A stretch of 38,444 bases of DNA from an uncultured Candidatus Saccharibacteria bacterium (GTDB taxonomy: Bacteria > Patescibacteriota > UBA1384 > JACPKC01): the NCBI GenBank assembly GCA_964480605.1, contig CAYZPG010000002.1:4871-43314 (forward strand), written 5' to 3'. The notes under the pieces were generated by a model that made no database searches, was not told where the DNA came from, and saw only the letters and a list, made by a program, of their open reading frames with translations. Made by a program: the position numbers and the translations under genes. Positions 1 through 9,300 of the stretch are shown piece after piece; within the stretch, counting starts at the first letter, position 1, and every line of letters starts with the position of its first letter.

Positions 1-213
1 TGCAGTACCCGGAACTACAACGGTGTCGGCTGGATGAATCGACAAGCGCTGCTGGATGAGATCCGTGCATCGTGGCCACTCACCAGCGCCGCCAAGTACG
101 AATACCGGCTGGCGCTCAATGCTGGAGACGAGCATTGCTTCCATGGACTGATCGTTCATTGGCTGATGGTAGCAGCCGGCTTCTTGGTTGACAACTCCTC
201 CCTATTCCTGTAA
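1..213 (+). CDS. 3' end of an unidentified CDS (70 codons, 5' end outside the window)
   Basis: Frame 1 is open from base 1 to TAA at 211-213 (...NYNGVGWMNRQALLDEIRASWPLTSAAKYEYRLALNAGDEHCFHGLIVHWLMVAAGFLVDNSSLFL*). I recognise no family motif. It is missing from the ORF track only because it has no start codon in the window. Confidence 0.35.
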   Translation, partial: CSTRNYNGVGWMNRQALLDEIRASWPLTSAAKYEYRLALNAGDEHCFHGLIVHWLMVAAGFLVDNSSLFL

Positions 214-284
214 AATCCTGCCCGAACTCACAGCATGAAGGTCGTGGCTGAGAGCAAGTAAACAACCATGTATAAAGAGGTAGA

Positions 285-626
285 ATGCAAGATCAGCAAC
301 TGACCTGTCGCGATTGCGGGCAGAGTTTTGTCTGGACTGCAGGTGAACAGAGCTTCTATGCCCAAAAGGGCCTAAGCGCTCCAACACGCTGCAAGGATTG
401 CCGGGCAAAGAAGAAGGCTGACCGAGCTCGCACCGATAGCTTTAGTGGGCCACGGGAAATGTACCCGATCACCTGCGCCAGCTGCGGTAAGCAAGCGGAA
501 GTCCCCTTCCAGCCAACCCGCTCCGACGTGCTGTGCCGAGACTGCTTTGTCTCGCAGCGCAATGGCGGCTCACAGCCAGCCACTGACACCGCGGACCAAG
601 CCGACGACAGCAACGCAGCCGAGTAA
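285..626 (+). CDS. Small zinc-ribbon protein with two CxxC...CxxC units
   Basis: ATG at 285 follows AAGAGG. The units are LTCRDCGQSFVWTAGEQSFYAQKGLSAPTRCKDCR and ITCASCGKQAEVPF...LCRDCF. This matches the duplicated 'probable zinc-ribbon' pattern (CxxCG..F.....EQ.FY..KG...P.RC..CR). The C-terminal tail is acidic and low-complexity. Confidence 0.8.
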   Translation: MQDQQLTCRDCGQSFVWTAGEQSFYAQKGLSAPTRCKDCRAKKKADRARTDSFSGPREMYPITCASCGKQAEVPFQPTRSDVLCRDCFVSQRNGGSQPATDTADQADDSNAAE

Positions 627-640
627 CCTCGACTGCTCAG

Positions 641-674
641 AAAAAAGCGCTCCGATTACCGGGGCGCTTTTTTC
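641..674. terminator. Bidirectional intrinsic terminator shared by the convergent zinc-ribbon and rpmB genes
   Basis: AAAAAA-GCGCTCCG-attac-CGGGGCGC-TTTTTT: an 8-bp stem with one G-U pair, flanked by an A6 run and a T6 run. It lies 15 nt after the plus-strand stop. The rpmB stop codon (656-658) sits in the loop. Confidence 0.55.
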
Positions 675-841
675 ATACAGCGGGTGCAAGCTCGCAACCC
701 GTTTCTGTACGGTTGTAGGTTCGGCCACACCGTACGCTTTGAGCGTTTCTGCGAGTGAGGCTTGTGCGTGCCAGAGACCGGCCCTTTACCGCAAAGCGCA
801 CACTGCCAGCCAACTGGTTGCTTCAAATGGGTTACATGCAT
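656..841 (-). CDS. rpmB: 50S ribosomal protein L28
   Basis: C.LCGKGPVSG...SHS..RSKR...PNLQ followed by a C-terminal CTRC pair, which is the L28 pattern in its zinc-ribbon form. AAGGA lies 7 nt upstream of the ATG at 841. Confidence 0.8.
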   Translation of the reverse strand: MHVTHLKQPVGWQCALCGKGPVSGTHKPHSQKRSKRTVWPNLQPYRNGLRACTRCMKKAPR

Positions 842-911
842 ACAGCGTCCTTGTATTTACTCGCTTCGTTGGGATACTCTACAGAGAATTTATCCGCTGT
901 GCAAGGTGTCT

Positions 912-1523
912 ATGTTACTGCTCCAGGGCTTACAAGATCCGATCGCCTTCGTGGTATTCGTGCTTGCACTGGTGAGCGCTGTGACGATCCATGAATTCGC
1001 CCATGCCTTCGTTGCCGACCGATTGGGCGATCCAACGCCTCGGCATGCAGGCCGGGTCACCCTCAACCCCCTCGCCCACCTTGATCTTATGGGCAGCCTC
1101 ATGCTCCTGGTCGCAGGCTTCGGCTGGGGCAAACCGGTTCCGATCCAACCTCGCAATTTCACGACACCCGCGCTCGATGAGCTGCTGGTCGCCCTGGCTG
1201 GTCCAGCGAGCAACATTATCCAAGCCTTCATCGCTGGCGGACTTGCCCGGCTCGTGGCTGACACGCAGCCATTCCTCGCGAGCCTGCTGATTGTCGCCGT
1301 AGAACTCAACGTGTTGCTCATGCTCTTCAATCTCCTCCCTGTTCCTCCGCTCGACGGCTCCAAGATCTTGCGACCAATCCTCGGCGAAGAGGCCTTTCGG
1401 TCGCTCGAGGCGTTGTCACTACCTTTGATCATTGCGCTCTTCCTTCTCTTGCAAACCACGCAGCTGGGCGTCATGCTTTCACTGGCAGCAACACGGTTCA
1501 ATGCATGGATTCTCGGGGTGTAG
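912..1523 (+). CDS. Site-2 protease family (peptidase M50) membrane metalloprotease
   Basis: HEFAHA (HExxH) lies in a TM helix, and NLLPVPPLDGSK matches NxxPxxxLDG. The protein has multiple hydrophobic segments. The ORF track starts at 762, but that would overlap rpmB. The ATG at 912 follows AAGGTG and gives the usual M50 N-terminus. Confidence 0.85.
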   Translation: MLLLQGLQDPIAFVVFVLALVSAVTIHEFAHAFVADRLGDPTPRHAGRVTLNPLAHLDLMGSLMLLVAGFGWGKPVPIQPRNFTTPALDELLVALAGPASNIIQAFIAGGLARLVADTQPFLASLLIVAVELNVLLMLFNLLPVPPLDGSKILRPILGEEAFRSLEALSLPLIIALFLLLQTTQLGVMLSLAATRFNAWILGV

Positions 1524-1591
1524 CATAGTTGGCCCAATGCGCCAGGCTGGGGGTCTGGAGACCGGCGGTTCAAATCCGCCCACCCCGACCA
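1514..1591 (+). tRNA. tRNA-Pro (anticodon GGG), CCA encoded
   Basis: Hand-folded cloverleaf. Acceptor stem CGGGGTG/CACCCCG, D arm GCAT-AGTTGGCCCA-ATGC, anticodon arm CCAGG-CTGGGGG-TCTGG (T33, GGG at 34-36, G37). Variable loop AGACC, T arm GGCGG-TTCAAAT-CCGCC, discriminator A, then CCA. Confidence 0.9.
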
Positions 1592-1616
1592 ACTAATCCA
1601 CAATCCGCGTGCACCG

Positions 1617-1645
1617 TTGCCGCTGCCAGTTAGCGAATCTATATG
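1617..1645 (+). promoter_or_regulatory. Candidate sigma70-type promoter for the 1689-12350 gene block
   Basis: TTGCCG (1617-1622), a 17-nt spacer, then TATATG (1640-1645). It sits between the tRNA and the AGGAGGG Shine-Dalgarno at 1678-1684. Motif match only. Confidence 0.35.
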
Positions 1646-1688
1646 GTAGGCTGCAAGAAGCGGATCGCATCGTGGCAGGAGGGCCAAG

Positions 1689-3365
1689 ATGACCCTATTT
1701 TGGTATGAAATCGCTCACTTCTTGATTGCGATCTTCGGCATCCTCGTTGCAGTCTCGGCCGCCGCACTCTTCTTCTTAGTCATCCGATACGAGCGACAGC
1801 TGCAGACGCTCTGGCGTGCTATCGGCTTCACCGCGCTCTCAGTAGCGTTCCTTCTCTTCATCTTCGAACGCAAGTTCCCGATTCTTGAACTCCCCGCCCT
1901 CGTCACCCAGGCGTTCGCCTTCATCAGTATCTACATCGGCGTCTTTGCCGAACCAAGGCTGTCACAGCTGCTCCAAATCGGCAAGCAACCAACGGCGACG
2001 CAGCACGACACCTATCGAACCTTCAAAAACACTGTTGGCAAGCGCTCAGCCTCACCAGCGACGATCTTCTTCTTCACGCTGGCCGCGCTCGTTCTTATCG
2101 GCGCATTCTGGGCAGAATTTCTTCCCGCGTTCCTCACGGGCCTGGCTACGCTCTTTATTGCGCTCACCATTCCTATGCAGCTGCGTCGCTACCAACGTGA
2201 GCAGCAGGATCTGAAGGCTCGGCGCCTTAACCTCTACCCGCTCCTTGGATACATTGCGCTGCTCCTTGGCATGAGCGCACTCATCTTCTTCCGGCTTCCC
2301 GCGCTCGACCTTGTTGCCGTCCGCACGCTGACCCTCGAATACAGCAGCGCCTGGCAGTTCGGCCAGCTCCTCATCTTCCTTGGTTTGCTGATGCTCGCGA
2401 TGTGGGCCTGGACCTTTATCCGGGTTCGGCCGTTTCTCCGTACCTATGTCGTCTTCCTCACGATCGCCATTCTTGTCGCAAGCCTCGGATCGCTCATCTT
2501 CACCACCCTCATTTTCCGCATTGTCGAGCGTAACAACCTCTCCCTCATGACACAGGGGGCCAAGGCAGAAGAATTAGTCCTGCAGAACCGAGCCGACACG
2601 GCGCTTCTCGTCAGCCGCACCATCGGCAACGATGACGATGTACTTCGTGCGTTCACCAGTAATTCCGACCAACTCCGCGAGCTCATCAGCGAGTACCTCA
2701 ACAACTCAAGCGCCGACACCATTCGCCTGTACGACCAGGGTGGAAAAATCATCATCAGCCCTACCGACGAGCGAGATGAGGGACGCGTCATCAGTGACGA
2801 CCGGTACCTGAACTTCGTGCTCGCAGAGCGCAAGCAGCTCAAAACCTTCGATACCCGCCCAGGCATCCTGTCATCGGAAATCGTGGCCCGTGGCCTCTAC
2901 CCCATCCTCAGCACCGATCAATCCGTGATTGGAGCGGTCGAGGTTGGCTACGTCTTCGACAATGCGTTCGTCGACTTCTCAAAAGGAAAAACGGGTCTCG
3001 ATGTTACGATCTACGCCGGCAAGAAACGAGCAGCGACGACCATTCTGACCCTCGACGAGGTCTCTCGCTGGACCGGCAGCGAAGAGACTGAGCGGGCCGT
3101 CATTGAGCCGGTGCTCAACGATGGCAAACTCGTCAGCCTCGCACTCGACCGGCTCGGGCGTCCGTACTACAGCGCCTTCCAGCCGATCAAGAATGTGAAC
3201 GGCGATATCATTGGTATGACCTCGGTAGGCACGCCAACACACACACTCTTTGAAGAGACCCGGCAGCAACTCATCACTACCTTCTTGATTGTTATGCTCA
3301 TCTCGCTCCTTGTTGCCCTCGTTGGATACCTAGCCATCCGTAGCTTCGGCACCTCAAGGAAGTAG
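1689..3365 (+). CDS. Polytopic membrane protein: about 8 N-terminal TM helices, an extracytoplasmic Cache-like sensor domain, a final TM helix and no cytoplasmic output domain
   Basis: AGGAGGG lies 5 nt upstream of the ATG. Hydrophobic helices run through about aa 277. The segment ...GLDVTIYAGKKRAATTILT...GSEETERAVIEPVLNDGKLVSLALDRLGRPYYSAFQPIKNVNGDIIGMTSVG matches the Cache_3/Cache_2 pattern (D.TI..G..R.aT......G.......VL..G.......i.G..Y...Y.PI....G.iIG...vG). The last TM (LITTFLIVMLISLLVALVGYLAI) is followed by only 8 residues. Confidence 0.7.
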   Translation: MTLFWYEIAHFLIAIFGILVAVSAAALFFLVIRYERQLQTLWRAIGFTALSVAFLLFIFERKFPILELPALVTQAFAFISIYIGVFAEPRLSQLLQIGKQPTATQHDTYRTFKNTVGKRSASPATIFFFTLAALVLIGAFWAEFLPAFLTGLATLFIALTIPMQLRRYQREQQDLKARRLNLYPLLGYIALLLGMSALIFFRLPALDLVAVRTLTLEYSSAWQFGQLLIFLGLLMLAMWAWTFIRVRPFLRTYVVFLTIAILVASLGSLIFTTLIFRIVERNNLSLMTQGAKAEELVLQNRADTALLVSRTIGNDDDVLRAFTSNSDQLRELISEYLNNSSADTIRLYDQGGKIIISPTDERDEGRVISDDRYLNFVLAERKQLKTFDTRPGILSSEIVARGLYPILSTDQSVIGAVEVGYVFDNAFVDFSKGKTGLDVTIYAGKKRAATTILTLDEVSRWTGSEETERAVIEPVLNDGKLVSLALDRLGRPYYSAFQPIKNVNGDIIGMTSVGTPTHTLFEETRQQLITTFLIVMLISLLVALVGYLAIRSFGTSRK

Positions 3366-3368
3366 CGT

Positions 3369-6300
3369 ATGACATCATTCGCCCACCTTTTCCGTCGACT
3401 TATCTGGCTGCTGGTTCTCGTTGGCGCAGCTGGCTTACTGTGGCTACTCATCAATCCGCAACAACAACCGTCAACATCACAACAACCAGTCCAGTCCACT
3501 TCTGTTCAATTCACCGACCCGACGCAGTTCAGCTTCGACGTTTCGCGACTCACCATTCGGGCTGACAGCGGCGTCGAACTCACGTCACCCTCTTCAACAG
3601 CCGACATTATCCTCTTAAACCCCGTTCCCGTCCCAGCCGGCGCAACGCTTGAAGGGTTTGAGCATCAGGCTGCAATCGGCAGCGGCGGCTCGATTGCCTA
3701 TCAATTGTCGGGTGATGGTCGATCGTGGTCGTACTTTGACGGCACGGCCTGGACACTGGCCCGTGACTGCACCACTCGATGCGCCAACACGGCCGACGAT
3801 ATCGACGCGCACCTCGCAACGCTCTCCATTCCATCTGGCGCGCTCCACATCCGTACGTTCCTCACAGCCACCGCCGAACAATCACCGATCCTCAACAGCG
3901 TGACTGTCCAGACCAGCGGCGTCAGCGACGAGCAGGCGCCTGCCGACCTGGCAAGTACGCTCGACATCGCGTTTGCAACCAATAAGGTAAAAATCTGCCA
4001 CCGCACCAGCTCGTCCTCGAATCCCTACACCTTCTTAGAGGTCAACCAGAGCTCAGTCGACGGTGAGGGTGAGAATGATCACACGCATCACGACGGCGAC
4101 ATCATTCCAATTACTGACCGGAATGATGACGGACACATCGACGACGACGACTGCACTGCTCCCCAGCCAACCACGACGCTCGTTGCCACAAAGATTGTCT
4201 GCGAGAACGAAGCCGACCTTCCGAACTGGGGCGGCGGCGGTCCCAATATCACCGCCACGACGGCAACAAACTTCCTCGCAAGCCACAGTGGTTGCCATGC
4301 CCAATCCGGCTGGCAGTTCCAATGGACAGACGAAAGTGCGAGCAATCCCGGCGACACGGTTGAGCTTGTCGGCAACCCATGGACCACCTTTGGCCCAACC
4401 AATGCCTCGGGTGTCGCCCAGGTCAGCATCCCGCTTGACGACGTCGACGACGATATCTTTGTTCGCGAGCAGGTTAAGCCTGGCTACATTGGTTTTGGCC
4501 AGAGCACCGGCAGCACGAACAGTGCCGAGTTCTACTGCAATACCGACGTGATGAACTACAACAACTATGACGTTGTCCATAATCTACAGGCGAATCAAAC
4601 CTACTACTGCATCGGCTTCAACGTGCCGGCGCAAACGCCGCCAACTTGGGATAAATCGAGCATCGAGGTCAGCGGCCAATGCCAGTCCGGCACTGCCGTC
4701 TTCACCATCCGGAATACGGGCGAGGCTGGGAACGGCGACATGGACGGGCCAAGCCAGTACCGCGTGTATCGGAACGGCGTCCTCGAGCGAACCGAATCAT
4801 TCCAGCTCGCTGGCGGCGACTCACTGACTGTCTCTATTGCAGGCAACGGGGACGACCTCCGCTTGGAAGCCGATCAACGGCCTGGCCACCCTGGCAATAG
4901 CCACCCGAACGCAGTTGTTGAGGATTGCGGCACACTACCCGTAGGTGCCACTATCTCGGCGACAAAAATTGTCTGTGATGTCGAAACGGATTTGCCGAAC
5001 TGGGGTGGCGGCGGTCCTGACGTGACCAGCACCACCGCGACCGCCTTCCTCTCCTCGCACCCGCACTGCCGCCGCGAGTCTGGCTGGCAGTTCCAGTGGG
5101 CACCCGCACCGGCCACCAACCCTGGTGATAATCTTGGCGTCGTTGGTTCGCCATGGACAACGTTCGGCCCCACAAACAGCAATGGCCAAAGCACCACAAC
5201 CGTACCGCTCGCAGGCGTCGGTGATCGGATTTGGATCCGCGAAGCCCTGCAGCCAGGCTACATCGGATTCGGCTACGCCCAAGGAAACAACAGTGTCAGT
5301 GCCGAGATCTACTGCTCGAAAGACGTACTCAACTACGACAACTACGACTTCATCATTAACCCGCAGGCAAACACGACATACCACTGTGTTGCATTCAACG
5401 TGGCGGCGCCCGACACGAGCGACCACTCGAATGTCCAGGTGACTGCCGTCTGCCAAGAGCCATACGCCGTCTTCACCATTGCCAATACTGGCACCGGTCC
5501 AATGACCAGTCCGAGCCAGTACCGGGTGTACCGGAACAATACACTGGAAACGACGCAGTCCTTCCAGCTGAATGCCGGCCAAACCCTAGTGGTGACCGTT
5601 CCAGGAAACGGGGATGTCGTCCGCCTCGAGGCCGACCAACTACCAGGTCATCCGGGATCACCCCAGGCGACCATCCAGCACTGCGGCACGCCGAACCAGC
5701 CGCCAGTGGCCGTTGACGATACGAACAACACCCTCGTCAACACGCCGGTCGTGACGACGATTCTTGCCAACGATTCGGATCCGGACGGCTCGCTCGTACC
5801 AAGCTCGGTCAGCATCCTGAATGCACCCGACAACGGTACCCTGCCAACGATCGATGGCCTGACCGGTGCCGTCACGTATCTGCCAAACCCGGGTTTCTTC
5901 GGCATTGATACGTTTGAGTACCAGGTGTGTGACAATGGCGGACTGTGCGATACCGCCGTGGTGACGATTACTGTGAAGGCCCCGCCCGTGGCCGCCGACG
6001 ACGCCGTCACTACGCCCTACCAAACTCCGGTCACCATCCCGGTTCTCACCAATGACACCGATCCGGATGGCACCTTGGTGCCCAGCACGGTCACAGTCAC
6101 GGCTTCCCCCACGAATGGAACGATCACCGGTGTGAATCCGACGACGGGCGAAATCAGCTATACGCCCAACAACGGCTTCAGTGGCACCGACCTCTTCACC
6201 TACCAGGTCTGCGACAACGATGGCTTATGTGATACGGCGACCGTAGCCGTCTCGGTCAACCAGCGCGTCTTACACCCTCCAGTCGCCGTTGACGACAGCA

Positions 6301-9300
6301 CATCCACGCTACGCAACACCTCTGTTGTCATTCCTGTTCTCTCGAACGACACTGATTCAGACGGTACACTGGTGCCCAGTACCGTAACCGTTACGCTCGC
6401 CCCGCTCCATGGCACCGTCACGTTTGTAAACACGCTCACGGGTGCGATCACGTACACACCAACGACCGGCTTTACGGGCACGGATCAGTTCACCTACCAG
6501 GTCTGCGACAACGACGGCTTGTGCGATACCGCCGTGGTGACCATCCACGTCACCGCACCACCTCTCGTGCCACCCGTCGCGAATAACGACACGGCGAGCA
6601 CCCAGCAAAACGTACCCGTGCTTATCCCCGTGCTCGGAAACGACACTGATGCCGACGGCGTACTGGTACCAAGCACAACGACGATCACCATCGCACCACT
6701 CAATGGCACAACCAGCATCAATCCGACCACGGGTGAGATTACCTATACACCGAACACCGGCTTCACCGGCCTCGACACCTTCACCTACCAGGTCTGCGAC
6801 AACGACGGTCTGTGCGATACGGCCCTCGTCTCCGTTGCCGTCAACCCGCCTGCACTCGTGCCGCCAGTCGCAACGAATGACTCGGCCACGACCGACCAAG
6901 ACACCGCCGTTGTGATTGCTGTACTGACCAATGACACCGACAGCGACGGGGTTCTGGTGCCAGGCACGGTCCATGTCGTTACACCAGCACTCCATGGAAC
7001 GACGAGCATCAATACCCTGACCGGGGAGATCACGTACACACCAACTGCTGGCTACTCAGGCACCGATGTGTTTACGTACGAGGTCTGTGACGATGATGGC
7101 CTGTGCGATACCGCCACCGTGACAGTGACGATCCGGCCCGGCATTACCATCTTTGCCCACAAAATTGTCTGTGAGGATGAGGCTGACCTACCAAACTGGG
7201 GTACTGGTGGGCCAAACATCACCGCCGCAACCGCCACCTCCTTCATGGCTACTCACCCAAACTGTGCTCTTACGAGCGACTGGAACTTCCAATGGGGACC
7301 GACCTCGGTTGGGAATCCGGGCGATAACACCGGAGAGGCCGCACCTAGCACCGGATACACCACCTTCGGCCCGACCAATGGCCTTGGCGTCGCCCAAGTC
7401 ACCCTGCCTGCGAGCGCTGTCACGAGTCGAGTCTGGCTCCGCGAGGTCTGGCAGCCTGGCTTCATTCCCTTCACGTACGGCACGTCAGGCAATAGCAATA
7501 ACGTCAGTGCGGAATTCTACTGTCACACCGATGTGTTGAACTACGACAACTGGGATTACATTGACAACATCACGCTCGGCAGCACCTACTACTGCGTAGG
7601 GTTCAACGTCGCCGAGATTGAACCCGAACCCCCCGTCGCCGTTGATGATGCGGCGACCACGAACGAGGACGCTCCAGTGACGATCGATGTTCTCAGCAAT
7701 GACACCGATCCAGATGGCGTACTCGTGCCAAGCACGGTGACTGTCACTGTCAATCCAACCAACGGAACGATCACCAGTATCAACCCGACCACGGGTGAGA
7801 TCACCTATACGCCGAACACCGGCTTCACCGGCATCGATGTCTTTACGTACGAGGTCTGTGACGATGACAGCCTCTGCGATACAGCCGTCGTAACGGTCGT
7901 CATTGAGCCTGTCCTTATTCTGCTGCCACCTGTCGCCAACGACGACGCAGCGACGACTCCTCCCGCCACCCTGGTTACCGTTACCGCCCTTGCGAACGAC
8001 ACCGATGCCGATGGCGTGTTACTGCCGAACACCGGCCTCATCATCAGCTTGCCAACAAATGGCAGTGCCAGCATGAGCCTGGTCACTGGCGATATTACCT
8101 ACACGCCGAACGTAGGGTTTAGCGGCACCGATACACTCACCTACCTTATCTGTGACAACGACGGCTTGTGCGATACGGCGGTGGTGACAATCACGGTCAC
8201 TGAGCCAGCACCAATTCCGCCAGTCGCGAACGACGATGCCGCCGTAACACCCGAAAATACGCCTGTCACGATTGATATCCTTGTGAACGACTCGGATACC
8301 GATGGCATTCTTGTACCAGCAACAGTGAGCATTCTCGTACCGCCATCGAATGGAACGATTGCTGCGATCAACACGGGCAACGGTGCCATTACCTACACCC
8401 CGAACACCGGCTTTACCGGCCTCGACACCTTCACCTACCAGGTCTGCGACGACGATGGCCTGTGCGATACGGCGGTCGTGACGGTCGGCGTGAACGATGT
8501 GCCCGTCCCGCCCGTTGCGAATAACGACACCGCAACAACATCGACGAACACTCCGGTCACGATCTCACTCCTCGCGAACGACTTCGACATTGATGGCACC
8601 CTGGTTCCAAGCACCGCTAGCGTTGTCTCTCAGCCAACCAGTGGCAGCGTCGCACTTGATAGTAGTGGTACAGCTACGTACACGCCAAACACAGGGTTTA
8701 GCGGTACCGATCAGTTCACCTACCAGATCTGCGATAATGATGGCTTGTGCGATACAGCCGTGGTAACGATCACGGTCACGCCACCCGGAACGCCTCCGAC
8801 ATTGCCGACGCCACCTCCCCCACCGCTTGTCGTACCAACGTCTGTCCCGCTCGCCACAACCGCGATTCCAACACCACCCGCACTTGGCAACTTAATCTTT
8901 GGCGCTAACCAGTTTGTCTTAGCCGCCCAAAGCCAACCGCTCTCATCTCATGGTGTCTTACAGATCACAGCCAATGAGCCCCAGACCTTCTACCTCGAAG
9001 CGAAAGGCGCCACTGCTGCCAACCTCATCAACCTCACCACACAGACGATCTACCCACTCACCTTCGACGCGGACATCAAGCTCTGGACCGCCACCGTTTC
9101 CTTCCCCGACGCAGGCACGTATCAGCTCCAAGGCCAAATCAGCAACGGTAGCCAAAGCTACGCTCGCGAGATCAACCAAGTGGTCGTCACCGACCCGTCG
9201 ACGGTGACAGTGAACGGCAACCAAGTCGAGGCAACGGTCACCGTATTCGAGCAGGACATCGCCACCGGCAACTTCCACACCTGGAATGGCTCGAGTTATG

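Noticed and set aside
268-273. A TATAAA box just upstream of the zinc-ribbon gene, considered as a -10 element.
   Set aside because: It ends only 11 nt before the ATG, so transcription from it would exclude the AAGAGG Shine-Dalgarno. The two signals are mutually inconsistent, so I did not call a promoter.
890-1687. A 265-aa minus-strand ORF running antisense through the M50 protease gene and across tRNA-Pro.
   Set aside because: It is Arg/Ser/Ala/Gly-rich with no motifs. It fully overlaps a motif-supported CDS and a well-folded tRNA. This is the typical spurious antisense frame seen in GC-rich DNA.
4935-6995. Several 100-215-aa minus-strand ORFs inside the giant CDS (for example 4935-5582 and 6357-6995), plus alternative plus-frame ORFs.
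   Set aside because: They are reverse or shifted readings of the repetitive ACC/GAC/GGC-rich coding sequence. Only the 3369-9980 frame gives coherent repeated domains with conserved Cys and aromatic positions.
5700-8780. Regularly spaced ~290-bp DNA repeats, considered as a possible CRISPR or other non-coding array.
   Set aside because: The period is about 285-297 bp and in frame. The repeats encode a conserved ~95-aa domain. There are no short repeat/spacer units and no cas genes.
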